From Spirochaetota bacterium (lineage in GTDB: Bacteria; Spirochaetota; UBA4802; UBA5550), in assembly GCA_050298055.1 (NCBI GenBank), contig JBNKTL010000007.1, positions 1 through 46,383 of the forward strand: a stretch of 46,383 nucleotides of DNA, in the 5' to 3' direction. Within the stretch, counting starts at the first letter, position 1. Every line of letters begins with the position of its first letter. The notes under the pieces are model-generated. The model did no database searches and was not told where the DNA came from. It was given only the letters and a program-made list of their open reading frames with translations. Positions 9,957 through 20,000 of the stretch are shown piece by piece. Made by a program: the position numbers and the translations under genes.

Positions 9957-10079
9957 AATTACCCGGAAACGATTTTAATACGATAGAGTACCTTTAGTGC
10001 TCCTGAATACTATTTGTCAATGATTTCATTTGGCAATAAATTGAAAAAATGATGTTCTAATGGACAAAAGGAAATTGTC

Positions 10080-10235
10080 TCTCTTGGGCTGGCGTCTGTC
10101 ACAGATCCCCGAATGATTTGCCGCTTCCCTTGCACAGGACTGGACGCTTCTTAAAATGCGGAAAATTGTGTCGAGGGGAACAGATCATTTTCGCAGTACT
10201 CCTCATGATGACAGAGGTCTCAAACCCGAAACCAG
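10080..10235 (+). ncRNA. Candidate rod-like structured RNA, 6S-RNA-like
   Basis: Nested stems 10095-10101/10209-10215, 10112-10120/10181-10189 and 10125-10136/10167-10180 around an internal bubble; GC-richer island in AT-rich spacer; G-U pairs favour + strand. Confidence 0.45.
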
Positions 10236-10247
10236 TAACTTAACTTT

Positions 10248-10409
10248 TCACGCGTAGGTATCAACATAGTTCCCTTTATTCTCCTCCGCAGGGGGCGGCT
10301 GCCGGGAAGTACCCTCTTCCGGGGCCCTTTCCGGCTTCTGTGTTGCCGTGTAACTTGGAGAGAACCCTCCGGGAATTGCATCAGGTCCGGTAATATGCTC
10401 TATATCCAT
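10248..10409 (-). CDS. Small 53-aa protein (below ORF-track cutoff), ends KGNYVDTYA
   Basis: GGGAGGGA RBS, ATG 10409, TGA 10248-10250; MDIEHITGPDAIPGGFSPSYTATQKPERAPEEGTSRQPPPAEENKGNYVDTYA. Confidence 0.65.
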   Translation of the reverse strand: MDIEHITGPDAIPGGFSPSYTATQKPERAPEEGTSRQPPPAEENKGNYVDTYA

Positions 10410-10463
10410 ATTTATTCCCTCCCGTTAAATAATATACTGATCTCAAATACAGATATCAATTTT

Positions 10464-10694
10464 TTATTTTAACCTCAAAACCATCATGGCTTCATCAACT
10501 GTCATTTCTTTCAGATCTTCCGCTTCATCATAGTGTTCATCACAGAACCAGCGGGAATAGGGAGGGTGTCCAACCATTCCTTCTGCCTCCATTCGCCTGT
10601 CCCACTCAATATCTGATCTTCTTTTTTTAAAATAAACAAGTCCCCCGCCTTTAAAAAACCTGGATTCACATATGGCGCAGACTGGGGGTCTCAT
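10464..10694 (-). CDS. Small putative Zn-binding protein (76 aa)
   Basis: MRPPVCAIC (CxxC) ... GHPP..WFCDEH (CxxH); TTGACA upstream at 10750-10755 on the minus strand. Confidence 0.7.
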   Translation of the reverse strand: MRPPVCAICESRFFKGGGLVYFKKRRSDIEWDRRMEAEGMVGHPPYSRWFCDEHYDEAEDLKEMTVDEAMMVLRLK

Positions 10695-10826
10695 TATAAT
10701 TATCTCTTCACACAGACTATAATTAATTATCATATGATTTACCGGGAAATGTCAAATGTTTTCACTGTTTATTCATTAAATTAGAATCAACACGATTCTT
10801 GTTTTACTGCATGAAAAAGATATATC

Positions 10827-10909
10827 AGCCGCAGATGCACGCAGATAAACGCAGAAAAATATGAAAACAAAAAAAATATATCAGTGTTCATCCGCGTTTA
10901 TCTGCGTCT
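10827..10909. repeat. 10-bp-period inverted repeat element (CGCAGATAAA type)
   Basis: AGCCGCAGATGCACGCAGA identical to 36862-36880; inverted arm ATCAGTGTTC-ATCCGCGTTT-ATCTGCG. Confidence 0.8.
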
Positions 10910-11030
10910 CAAAATCTTAATTATTTTCTCAGTTTTTTGTTCTATTAGAGGGAATCATGTTCAGGTATAAATTGTATAAAAAAATATAACTGGACTATTA
11001 TATAAGTGAAGATATCTTAATTTTTAAATA

Positions 11031-11086
11031 ATTGATATCTCCCCGCAACCAAAGGGCCGCGGAGAGATATATAGCTGAGTGGTTAC
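11031..11086. mobile_element. MITE-like element, copy 3 (hairpin + right end)
   Basis: ATATCTCCCCGC...GCGGAGAGATAT hairpin followed by ATAGCTGAGTGGTTAC. Confidence 0.6.
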
Positions 11087-11095
11087 TTTTTTTAC

Positions 11096-14000
11096 TCAGG
11101 AAGCTGTCAGCTGCCTGACCCTCTTTGAGCCGGTAAACCAGAAATAGATAACAGGAACGGCAAACCGTGAAAGCAGTGTTGCGGCAATTTCTCCGAACAT
11201 TAAGCTTATAGCAAGTCCCTGAAAGATAGGATCAAAGAGAATAACAAAACTTCCCACAACAACCGCTGCAGCGGTGAGAAGCATGGGCCTGAACCTGATA
11301 ACACCCGCGCTGATAACAGCTTCATTAAGCGGTTTCCCGGATTTTATCTCCTGCTCGATAAAGTCCACAAGGATAATGGAATTTCTTACAATAATCCCCG
11401 CTCCCGCGATAAAACCGATCATGGATGTTGCCGTAAAATACGACCCCAGAAGAGCATGCCCCGGCATAATACCGATCAGGCTGATGGGAATGGGGGCCAT
11501 GATAACAAGGGGGACAATGTAACTCCTGAACCATCCTACAACCAGGATGTATATGAGCAGCAACACAACTGCGAAAGCTCCTCCGAGATCGCGAAAGACC
11601 TCGTAAGTGATAAACCATTCACCGTCCCATTTAACAACAGGTTTCTGAGTATTCCAGGGAACATCGGCAGTTTGAATGGGGTAGTTTATTCGCGGTCCCA
11701 TTTTTAAGATCCCGTAAACCGGCGCCTCTTCCGCCCCGGTCAGTTCGCTCATAACATACTCAACAGGCTTCAGGTTCTTCCTGTAACGGGTGACGTTTTC
11801 CTTTAGCAGCCCTTTATTAAGGATGTTGTCAAGGTAAACAAACCCGCTTTCAAATGTGGGGATCATCTGGTACTGAAAAGGATTGTACGATGAGCGGAAG
11901 GACTGTTTTACGGAAAAATCAACATCTACTTCCTCAGGCCAGCTTACATCCGACAGGGACATAAGCGTACTGTCGGAAAAAATAAAATGCCCCGACATTA
12001 CACTCTGAGTGGCGTTTGCACCGTAAACTCCCCCCTTAAGCTGATCAAAGCCGTAAAGAATTCTCCGGCGCGCAGGCCTCCACGAATAATCAAGGTCTGT
12101 AACACTCTCCTCGCCGGCAAAAACATTATAAACATCCCTGGCTGCCTTTTCCCGGGATTTTACGTCAGGTCCGTAGATTTCTGCTACCATTGTTGAGAGA
12201 ACCGGCGGACCGGGAGGAATTTCAAGGACTTTTGACAGGGCATTCTTCTCCCTGGCAAAATTTAATATGACCGGACGAAGTTCCTCAATGATTTCATGGC
12301 TCGAAACATCCCTTTCGCTTTTGTTTGAAAGGACCACCTGAAGATCATTCATATAGTCATTTTTTCTTAAAAAGGTGTGCTTTACCATGCCGGAAAATGA
12401 AAAAGGTGCGGGTTCCCCTGCAAACACCTGGACTTTTTTTACGTGTTCATTTTTCGCAAGCTTTTGTGCCAGTTCTTTTGACCATCCCGCACTGACTGCC
12501 AGGGGGGTAGATACCGGGTAATCCATCAGGACCTGGAATTCATTTTTATTGTCAAAGGGAAGCATCTTCACTTTGACTGCTTTAAAGAGAAAAAGACTCA
12601 ATGATGATAAGAGTAAAACAATCGAAATAATCCCAAAAATCAGAGCGTTCTTTTTCTTAGTGATCAGTTTCTGTACAAAAGCTACATACAGCTTATCCAG
12701 CTTGCTCTCTTTTTCCTCCGATTTGTTTTCATGATGATCCTTTTTAAGGATATTCACGCTTGCCCAGGGAGTTACTATAAAGGCGACAAAGAGAGAGAGA
12801 ATCATTGCAAGACTTGCGCCAACCGGGATAGGTTTCATATACGGACCCATGAGTCCCCTGACAAATGCCATAGGCAGAATGGCCGCTATTACGGTAAATG
12901 TGGCAAGAATGGTAGGATTGCCAACCTCAGAAACAGCATTTATCGTAGAGTGCAAAATCCCGGTTTTCGGATAGGTACTCAGGTGCCGTTCTATGTTTTC
13001 AACCACAACGATGGCATCATCAACCAGTATTCCTATGGAAAATATCAGCGCGAAGAGGGTCACCCTGTTCAGTGTATAACCCATGAAGTAATAGACCGCA
13101 AGGGTGAGAGCCAGTGTGACCGGTATTGCTATTGAAACGACCAGTGAAGCCCGCAGCCCCATAAACAGCGCAATGAGCACTGCAACGGAAAAAGTTGCAA
13201 TTAAAAGATGCTCGATAAGTTCCTTTGACTTTTCTCCTGCGGTCTCACCGTAATCACGCACGCTTGTAAAAGTCACATCAGCCGGCAGACCGGATGAAAA
13301 AACCTTTGCCCGTTCAAGGAGCGCTTCCGAGAGGTCGACAACATTTGAACCTTTCTTCTTGGCAAAAACTATTGATACAGCATTCCTGAATTTCAGGTCC
13401 TTCTCCTTGTCAACCAGGTATGAAATCCTGGTCCTCTCTTCGGGGCCTTCTTTTATTTCTGCCACATCCTTAATTCTGACAATTCTTCCACCTCTTAATC
13501 CGATTGCAATATTCCTGATATCGGATACCGATTTTAAGCGCCCGCCCACTTCAACATCATAGACTTTTTTCTCGCTCCAGTTTTTCCCAGAGGGGGCAGT
13601 GGCGTTATTTGCTTTCAGGGCCCGGGCAATATCAAACATTGAAACACCCATTGATGAAGCCAGGGGAGGATTGGCTATAACCCGTATTGTTCTTTTTCTT
13701 CCGCCGAGAAGTTCTACCCTTGAAAGGTCGGGGGTACTGGAAAGCTCCCGGGCAAGGGGCGCAACGAGACTTCTCAGTGAGTAATCGTCTCTTTTCTCCG
13801 AACTGAATGTCAGTATCAGAAAGGGAACGTCATCAATGGTAAATGATTTCACCGAAGGCTGCATTATATCCTTTGGGAGTTGACTGCTTATTTCAAGAAG
13901 CTTATGATGGACCTTTACAAGAGAGGGTTCCATGGGTTCGCCGACCTTAAAACGGACCGTTACAAGACTTCCATTGGGACTGCTGGCCGAATAAACATAT

Positions 14001-14272
14001 TCCACACCGTCAAGTCCCCAAACACCCCGTTCTATTGGTTCGGTGACTTTTCGCTCTACCTCGGCCGCTTCGTATCCCGGAGCACCGGTCAGTATATCTA
14101 TCATGGGGACCGATATTTGTGGTTCCTCTTCCTTGGGTGTGAGGATTACCGCGAATATTCCCAGCAAAATGCTTACCACTGCAATGATTACAGTGAGCTT
14201 TGATCCTATAAATTTTTCCGCAAGTTTACCGGCAAATCCCTTTTTGAATTCAAATTTTTCTTTACCTGTCAT
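11096..14272 (-). CDS. RND-family efflux transporter permease (AcrB/AcrD/AcrF superfamily)
   Basis: 1058 aa; TPKEEEPQI, GILVDDAIVVVEN, RFRPMLLT motifs; 12-TM RND topology. Confidence 0.93.
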   Translation of the reverse strand: MTGKEKFEFKKGFAGKLAEKFIGSKLTVIIAVVSILLGIFAVILTPKEEEPQISVPMIDILTGAPGYEAAEVERKVTEPIERGVWGLDGVEYVYSASSPNGSLVTVRFKVGEPMEPSLVKVHHKLLEISSQLPKDIMQPSVKSFTIDDVPFLILTFSSEKRDDYSLRSLVAPLARELSSTPDLSRVELLGGRKRTIRVIANPPLASSMGVSMFDIARALKANNATAPSGKNWSEKKVYDVEVGGRLKSVSDIRNIAIGLRGGRIVRIKDVAEIKEGPEERTRISYLVDKEKDLKFRNAVSIVFAKKKGSNVVDLSEALLERAKVFSSGLPADVTFTSVRDYGETAGEKSKELIEHLLIATFSVAVLIALFMGLRASLVVSIAIPVTLALTLAVYYFMGYTLNRVTLFALIFSIGILVDDAIVVVENIERHLSTYPKTGILHSTINAVSEVGNPTILATFTVIAAILPMAFVRGLMGPYMKPIPVGASLAMILSLFVAFIVTPWASVNILKKDHHENKSEEKESKLDKLYVAFVQKLITKKKNALIFGIISIVLLLSSLSLFLFKAVKVKMLPFDNKNEFQVLMDYPVSTPLAVSAGWSKELAQKLAKNEHVKKVQVFAGEPAPFSFSGMVKHTFLRKNDYMNDLQVVLSNKSERDVSSHEIIEELRPVILNFAREKNALSKVLEIPPGPPVLSTMVAEIYGPDVKSREKAARDVYNVFAGEESVTDLDYSWRPARRRILYGFDQLKGGVYGANATQSVMSGHFIFSDSTLMSLSDVSWPEEVDVDFSVKQSFRSSYNPFQYQMIPTFESGFVYLDNILNKGLLKENVTRYRKNLKPVEYVMSELTGAEEAPVYGILKMGPRINYPIQTADVPWNTQKPVVKWDGEWFITYEVFRDLGGAFAVVLLLIYILVVGWFRSYIVPLVIMAPIPISLIGIMPGHALLGSYFTATSMIGFIAGAGIIVRNSIILVDFIEQEIKSGKPLNEAVISAGVIRFRPMLLTAAAVVVGSFVILFDPIFQGLAISLMFGEIAATLLSRFAVPVIYFWFTGSKRVRQLTAS

Positions 14273-15632
14273 TTTTCACCTCTCTCACTTCCGTTGCCAG
14301 ATACCTGTATAATCCGGTCATCACGTTTACATACTCCTCTTCTGCTTTTATCATTTCTGTTAGCAGATCGGCTTTACGGGAGAGGATTTCCGCCATCTGA
14401 AAAGACTTTATGGAGCCTCTTGAGTAAAGACGGAGGGAATTCACAACCTGCTTCTCCATCAATGCCCAGCTCTCATTTAAAATTTTTATGTTATTTTTAA
14501 GAGTTGCAGACATACTGCTAAGTCTTTTTAGATCAACAGTCTCTTTGAGGAACGCATCATTAGCCCGTGATTTTGCCGCTTCACTTTTCAGCTTTGCCTG
14601 TTTAACGGAGCCGTAATCGGTGGGTGAAAGCAGGTTCATTCTTATATAAAAACCTGCGCTGTAAGAATCGGCACTGTCACTGCCGCCTCTGTATAAATTT
14701 GCTTCTGAAAACAACCCGATCATGGGAAGGTATACTGCTTTTTGAGCTTCTGCCATGTTTTCGGCGCTTTGCGCCATGGCATCATAGACCCTCGTGTTTA
14801 AGGACCTGTACTCTCCATCCTTTCTCTTTACATTTAAGTAGATTTCTGCGAATTTTACAGCATCCTCATCAAAGGGGGTCCAGTTTTTCGGCATTGGTTT
14901 TCCGGACATCTTTTCCAGGTATGCCCTGAAGGATTCAATTTTGGTTTTACTCTCACCTGCCATTGCCTTGAAACGGTTTTTTAACGCCCTTAAGCCAAGG
15001 ATACCGGAATATTCAACAGGATTTGATCTGAGCCCTCCCTGGTAGTTCCCTAATATCCTGTCTACGCTTTTTTCCAGTTCTATAATTTCCCTGTAGCTTT
15101 TCCGGGAAATTATTATCCTGCCGTAAACTGCGGCGCTCATGCTGTACTCGCTGAGGGAAACAAGTTTCCTTTGCAGTTTTTTTGCTTCGGCCATTTTTTC
15201 AAGGGCCTTTGTGGAGGCGACTCCGGACCCTCCCTGGTAAAGGGGCAAATCAATACCGATTTTTCCCATTTCATATGTATGAAAACCGGGATCATTTAAA
15301 ATTTCCGGATTGAAATCGTTATATTCAACGCTTCCCGTCCCCATTTTTGACATTAAATTCATACCCGGATCATTGGTTCTATATCCCCTCATTTCGGCAT
15401 ATATTCTGGGAAACCAATGCTTTGCCTGTCTGTTTTTGCGGATTTTTGCGGCCATCTCTTCTTTTACGGCCGCTTTCCGCATGGGAGAGTTTACTTTAAT
15501 CATCTCCCATATGCTTTTGAAATTTAGAGTTTTAACATCCAGACTTTTACTCTGGGCTCCCAGCCCATTCCAGGTAAGAATAAATGCCAGGAAAATAATG
15601 AGTTTTTTGTAAAACGGTTTCCTGTTTTCCAT
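14262..15632 (-). CDS. TolC-family outer membrane efflux protein
   Basis: Signal peptide, 456 aa, duplicated P.I/..PLY.G pattern; overlaps the RND start. Confidence 0.8.
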   Translation of the reverse strand: MENRKPFYKKLIIFLAFILTWNGLGAQSKSLDVKTLNFKSIWEMIKVNSPMRKAAVKEEMAAKIRKNRQAKHWFPRIYAEMRGYRTNDPGMNLMSKMGTGSVEYNDFNPEILNDPGFHTYEMGKIGIDLPLYQGGSGVASTKALEKMAEAKKLQRKLVSLSEYSMSAAVYGRIIISRKSYREIIELEKSVDRILGNYQGGLRSNPVEYSGILGLRALKNRFKAMAGESKTKIESFRAYLEKMSGKPMPKNWTPFDEDAVKFAEIYLNVKRKDGEYRSLNTRVYDAMAQSAENMAEAQKAVYLPMIGLFSEANLYRGGSDSADSYSAGFYIRMNLLSPTDYGSVKQAKLKSEAAKSRANDAFLKETVDLKRLSSMSATLKNNIKILNESWALMEKQVVNSLRLYSRGSIKSFQMAEILSRKADLLTEMIKAEEEYVNVMTGLYRYLATEVREVKNDR

Positions 15633-15846
15633 TATTCTTACTCCATAATCATATGTATATTTAATATTTTAGCATATACTAAAAATCTATCTTTTTTTGT
15701 CAACACAATAATTCTTTTGTTTAACATTATTGTTCGGGTGCGCATTATTTTTCGAACAAAATAATTCTCATTAAAATGAATTATCGAAAAAGGAAGTGAT
15801 TCGGCATACCGGGCGATGAGGGCATATTAGTTATGCTTTTTGAAAA

Positions 15847-15982
15847 GTATTGTTATTCAATATGACTGCAAAAATATTTTAATAAAATACCAAGAATGTG
15901 TCTCCGCCGCAGAAGGCGGCGGAGAGATGTCAGTAATGTTTATTGTTAATATGCCAATTTTTATACATAGCTGAATAATTAC
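15847..15982. mobile_element. MITE-like element, copy 4
   Basis: Hairpin TCTCCGCCGC-AGAAG-GCGGCGGAGA at 15901-15925; right end CATAGCTGAATAATTAC; left end degenerate. Confidence 0.55.
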
Positions 15983-16267
15983 AGAGATTATAAATATTTA
16001 ATATATGTAAATATTTACAATAACAAAATTTTAACATAATAGGAGAATGTTTCTTGACATAATCACTCTCATTTGAGATAGAAAATATGAATAAGTAAAA
16101 TAATTAAAAGAATATTCAACTTAATAAAAACTGTTCACTAGCCACAATAAATTTCAAAGTCCCGCATTTTTCTTTGCAGGGATTAACAATGGAAAAATAA
16201 AGTTGATATCAGCGTATCTGTTTATAGTTTGTAACCAGATCTCATTCATTTGACCGGAGGCCCGTTA

Positions 16268-17089
16268 TTGGAACCAGGAAAAGAGAGGGGTGATAGTGAA
16301 ATCCTCCTTAAACTTGAAAACATACATATGTTTTTCGGAAAAGTCTGCGCTCTTTCAGGAGTAGATCTCGAAGTCAGGAAGGGAGAGATCCATTCAGTCA
16401 TTGGTCCCAATGGTGCGGGTAAAACGGTTATGATGAATATCATAAACGGACTTTACAGGCCCCAGAAAGGGGAGGTCTATTATAAAGGTGAAAAGATAAC
16501 AAACCTGAAGCCGCACAAACGTACGAAGCTTGGTCTCTCAAGAACATTTCAGAAGGTTGAGGTCTTCGGCGGGCTCAGTGTACTGGACAATATCCGTCTT
16601 GGGAGGCATATCCACTATAAGTCGGGGATCTTCAGCGGTTCCTTTTATCTTGGCAAAACAAAAAAAGAGGAGATCGTCCACAGGAAGTTTATTGAGGAGG
16701 AGATAATCGACCTTCTTGAGATTGAACATATCAGGGACAAACCCACCGGGATGCTTCCCTACGGTCTTCAAAAGAGGGTGGAGCTGGGAAGAGCACTGGC
16801 CGCTGAGCCTGAACTCCTGATCCTGGATGAGCCCCTCGCCGGCCTTAACCTTGAAGAGGTGGAGGACATGGCAAGATTTATCCTGGATATCAACGAAGAG
16901 GAGAGATGGAAAGTCACCTGCCTTCTGGTTGAGCATGACATGGGGGTTGTCATGGATCTCTCGGAGAAGGTCCTGGTCCTGAATTTCGGGAATACGATTA
17001 TAGACGATACTCCCGCTGTTGTTCAGACGAACCAGGAAGTGATAAACGCGTATCTTGGTGAAGAAGACCTCTATTCAACAAGAAGATAA
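16268..17089 (+). CDS. Branched-chain amino acid-type ABC transporter ATP-binding protein (LivG-like)
   Basis: GPNGAGKT Walker A, LPYGLQKRVE signature, ILDEP; GGAGG RBS before TTG 16268. Confidence 0.92.
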   Translation: MEPGKERGDSEILLKLENIHMFFGKVCALSGVDLEVRKGEIHSVIGPNGAGKTVMMNIINGLYRPQKGEVYYKGEKITNLKPHKRTKLGLSRTFQKVEVFGGLSVLDNIRLGRHIHYKSGIFSGSFYLGKTKKEEIVHRKFIEEEIIDLLEIEHIRDKPTGMLPYGLQKRVELGRALAAEPELLILDEPLAGLNLEEVEDMARFILDINEEERWKVTCLLVEHDMGVVMDLSEKVLVLNFGNTIIDDTPAVVQTNQEVINAYLGEEDLYSTRR

Positions 17090-17106
17090 ACCGGGAATAA
17101 TAATAT

Positions 17107-19029
17107 ATGGAAATTACAAAAGAGCTCACAATACCAAAGCTTTTCCTGCGGCAGGTTGAAAAATTCGGCGTGGACAAGGTCGCCATGCGCGAAAAGGAAT
17201 TCGGCATCTGGCGCCCCATAACCTGGAATGATTACTATGAAAATGTAAAATACCTTGCACTGGGACTTATGAGCCTGGGTCTCGAGAAGGGCGATAAAGT
17301 GGCCATGATCGGTACAAACAGGCCCGAAGGTTTGTGGGCGGAGATGGCCGCTCTCTGCGCAGGGGGCGTGGGGGTCTGGCTTTTTCAGGAGAGCCTTAAC
17401 GAAGAAGTAAAATACATCCTTGAACACTCCGATACGAAGTTCATTTTCGGAGAGGGGCAGGAAGAGGTGGACAAGGCCCTGGCGGTAAGCGGGGAACTCA
17501 CGCAATTGAAAAAGATCATCTGGGACGACCCCAAAGGGATGAGGAACTATAAACAGGAAAACCTCATGAACATGGAACAGCTCAAGGAGCTGGGGAAAGA
17601 ATATGAGAATGCCAACCCCGGTGACTTTGAGGAGAGGATAAGCCAGGGTCATGGTGATGACGTGGTCCTCCTCTTTTATACCTCGGGAACAACATCCCTT
17701 CCCAAAGGGGCCCTTCTTTCCCACAACAACATGCTCACCATGGGCAGTCACCTCATGGCTGTGGACCCCTGCTATGAAGGTGATGATTATGTTTCATTTC
17801 TCCCCTTTGCATGGATCGGGGAACAGATGATGTCCATTTCATGCGGGCTCCAGATCGGCTTTGTCCTGAACTTTCCGGAGGACCAGAGTACCGTCCTTGA
17901 GAATATACGGGAGATCGGTCCCCACGTCATGTTCTCCGCTCCGAGGATGTATGAGCAGATGACCCGTACGGTGCAGGTGAAGTACCTGGATGCCACAAGG
18001 ATCAAGAGAAAGATGTACGAGCTGTCACAGAAGATCGGGTACAGAGTTGCCAACATGAAATTCGAGAAAAAGCCCGTTCCCTTTCTCTGGAAACTCCTTG
18101 AATTTATTGTCTACTCCACCGTACAGAAAAAACTCAAGGACCACCTTGGACTTTCCAATATCCGGAGCGCCTATACGGGAGGAGCGGCAATGGGACCGGA
18201 CCACTTCAGGTTCTTCCATGCCATGGGAGTCAACCTCAAGCAGATTTACGGCCAGACCGAGGTTGCGGGAATATCCGTAGTACACAGGAACGGTGACATC
18301 AAGTTCGATACGGTTGGTCATCCCATTCCCGATACGGAAATCAGGATAACCGAGGACGGTGAGATCCTCACGAAAAGCCCGTCGGTCTTTCTGGGATATT
18401 ATAAAAATCCCGAAGCCACCGCCGAGACCCTGAAGGACGGGTGGCTCCATTCCGGTGACAAGGGTTTCATAGACGAGGACAACCACCTGGTGGTCTTTGA
18501 CCGCTCTAAGGATGTTTTCACCCTGAATGACGGCAAGCCCTTCTCACCCCAGTATCTTGAAACCCGGCTCAAGTTCAGCCCCTACATCCAGGAATCATGG
18601 GTGATCGGTGACGGCTTGGAGTATATAACCGCCGTGATCTGTATCGATTATTCGGTGGTGGGGAAATGGGCCGATGAGATGAAACTCAACTATACCAGCT
18701 ACCAGGAGCTTTCCCAGAAGCCCGAGGTCCTGGACCTCATACAGGAGCAGATCGTAACGGCAAACAGTGACCTTCCCGATGCCGCAAAGGTAAGACGTTT
18801 CACAAACCTCTATAAAACATTCGAGGCTGATGATGACGAACTGACGCGGACCAACAAACTCCGGAGGTCCTTTGTTGAGGAAAGATACAGGGAGATTATC
18901 GACACTCTCTATTCCGGTCAGAATGAGGTGAATATCGATACCACCATTAAGTATGAGGACGGCAGGGAACAGCTGATCAAAGCTGTCCTCTCTATCCGTA
19001 CACTTGAAAATGTTGCATCAGAGAGCTGA
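17107..19029 (+). CDS. Long-chain acyl-CoA synthetase (AMP-forming)
   Basis: YTSGTTSLPKG, YGQTE, GWLHSGDKG motifs. Confidence 0.92.
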   Translation: MEITKELTIPKLFLRQVEKFGVDKVAMREKEFGIWRPITWNDYYENVKYLALGLMSLGLEKGDKVAMIGTNRPEGLWAEMAALCAGGVGVWLFQESLNEEVKYILEHSDTKFIFGEGQEEVDKALAVSGELTQLKKIIWDDPKGMRNYKQENLMNMEQLKELGKEYENANPGDFEERISQGHGDDVVLLFYTSGTTSLPKGALLSHNNMLTMGSHLMAVDPCYEGDDYVSFLPFAWIGEQMMSISCGLQIGFVLNFPEDQSTVLENIREIGPHVMFSAPRMYEQMTRTVQVKYLDATRIKRKMYELSQKIGYRVANMKFEKKPVPFLWKLLEFIVYSTVQKKLKDHLGLSNIRSAYTGGAAMGPDHFRFFHAMGVNLKQIYGQTEVAGISVVHRNGDIKFDTVGHPIPDTEIRITEDGEILTKSPSVFLGYYKNPEATAETLKDGWLHSGDKGFIDEDNHLVVFDRSKDVFTLNDGKPFSPQYLETRLKFSPYIQESWVIGDGLEYITAVICIDYSVVGKWADEMKLNYTSYQELSQKPEVLDLIQEQIVTANSDLPDAAKVRRFTNLYKTFEADDDELTRTNKLRRSFVEERYREIIDTLYSGQNEVNIDTTIKYEDGREQLIKAVLSIRTLENVASES

Positions 19030-19064
19030 TAACGAGAGACGGGATTTTCATCAGGAGACAGTGA

Positions 19065-19967
19065 ATGGAGAATTTTTTAAATGTTATTGTAAGCGGGATA
19101 ATGACCGGTGGCATCTATGCCCTTGTTGCCATTGGATGGGTGCTCATCTATAAATGTTCCGGGGTCCTGAACCTCGCCATGGGAGAACTTACACTGGTGG
19201 GGGCCTTTATTACCATCAGCTTCTACTCCATAGGTATCCCTTTTCTTGCGGCCATATTCATCTCCCTGGTTATCGGCTTTATCCTCGGGCTTATCACCGA
19301 GAGGGTGTTCCTGGACAAACTCATCGGGGAATCCATACTCTCAACGATTATGCTTACCGTGGGTCTCTCTTTTTTCTTTAAGGGGATCATACAGCTCATA
19401 TGGGGAGTGGATAACTATATTTTCAAACCCCCGGTTTTTTCAATCGACTCAATCAGTGTGGGGCCCATACTCTTCAAGGAAGTCTTTCTCTGGAGTTTTG
19501 TGGCGGCGATCATCCTTCTCATTATCTTTGTCTCCTTTTTCAAGTATACCCGGTGGGGCCTGGCAATGCAGGCAACTGCGGATGACGAAATGGCCGCACT
19601 CTCCCTGGGTATCAGCGCGCGTTTTGTCTATTCCATAGCCTGGGCTATTGCCTTTATGGCTGCAGGTGTGGGAGGGACCCTTCTGGGCAATTTAAGCGGT
19701 GTAAATATTTCAATTGCGCACATGGGGCTTACGGTTCTTCCCGCGGTTGTTCTGGGGGGGCTTAACTCCGTTGCAGGCGCCATTGTGGGTGGTATTGCAA
19801 TCGGCATTATGGAAAGCTTTGTGGGCACCTATGTTGACAGCTGGCTTATCAATACCATGGGTGTCCCTCTCTCGGTCAAGGAGATAGCGCCCTTTCTGTT
19901 TATGACAATCTTCCTCCTCTTCAAACCCTATGGTTTATGGGGCTGGGAACGGATCGAAAGAGTGTAA
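19065..19967 (+). CDS. ABC transporter permease (LivH-like)
   Basis: G..YALVA.G..LI.....LNLA.GE; TRWGLAMQA; VVLGGL.S..GA. Confidence 0.92.
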   Translation: MENFLNVIVSGIMTGGIYALVAIGWVLIYKCSGVLNLAMGELTLVGAFITISFYSIGIPFLAAIFISLVIGFILGLITERVFLDKLIGESILSTIMLTVGLSFFFKGIIQLIWGVDNYIFKPPVFSIDSISVGPILFKEVFLWSFVAAIILLIIFVSFFKYTRWGLAMQATADDEMAALSLGISARFVYSIAWAIAFMAAGVGGTLLGNLSGVNISIAHMGLTVLPAVVLGGLNSVAGAIVGGIAIGIMESFVGTYVDSWLINTMGVPLSVKEIAPFLFMTIFLLFKPYGLWGWERIERV

Positions 19968-20000
19968 TGAGTACCAGAATATCAGTATCGGAGTAATAAT

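Noticed and set aside
10379..10392. TCAGGTCCGG resembling the SRP RNA helix-8 motif
   Set aside because: Not followed by the AAGGAAGCAG-type sequence, and it lies antisense within the small 53-aa ORF.
15720..15840. Possible riboswitch between TolC and the ABC operon
   Set aside because: Only short weak stems; no recognisable aptamer consensus.
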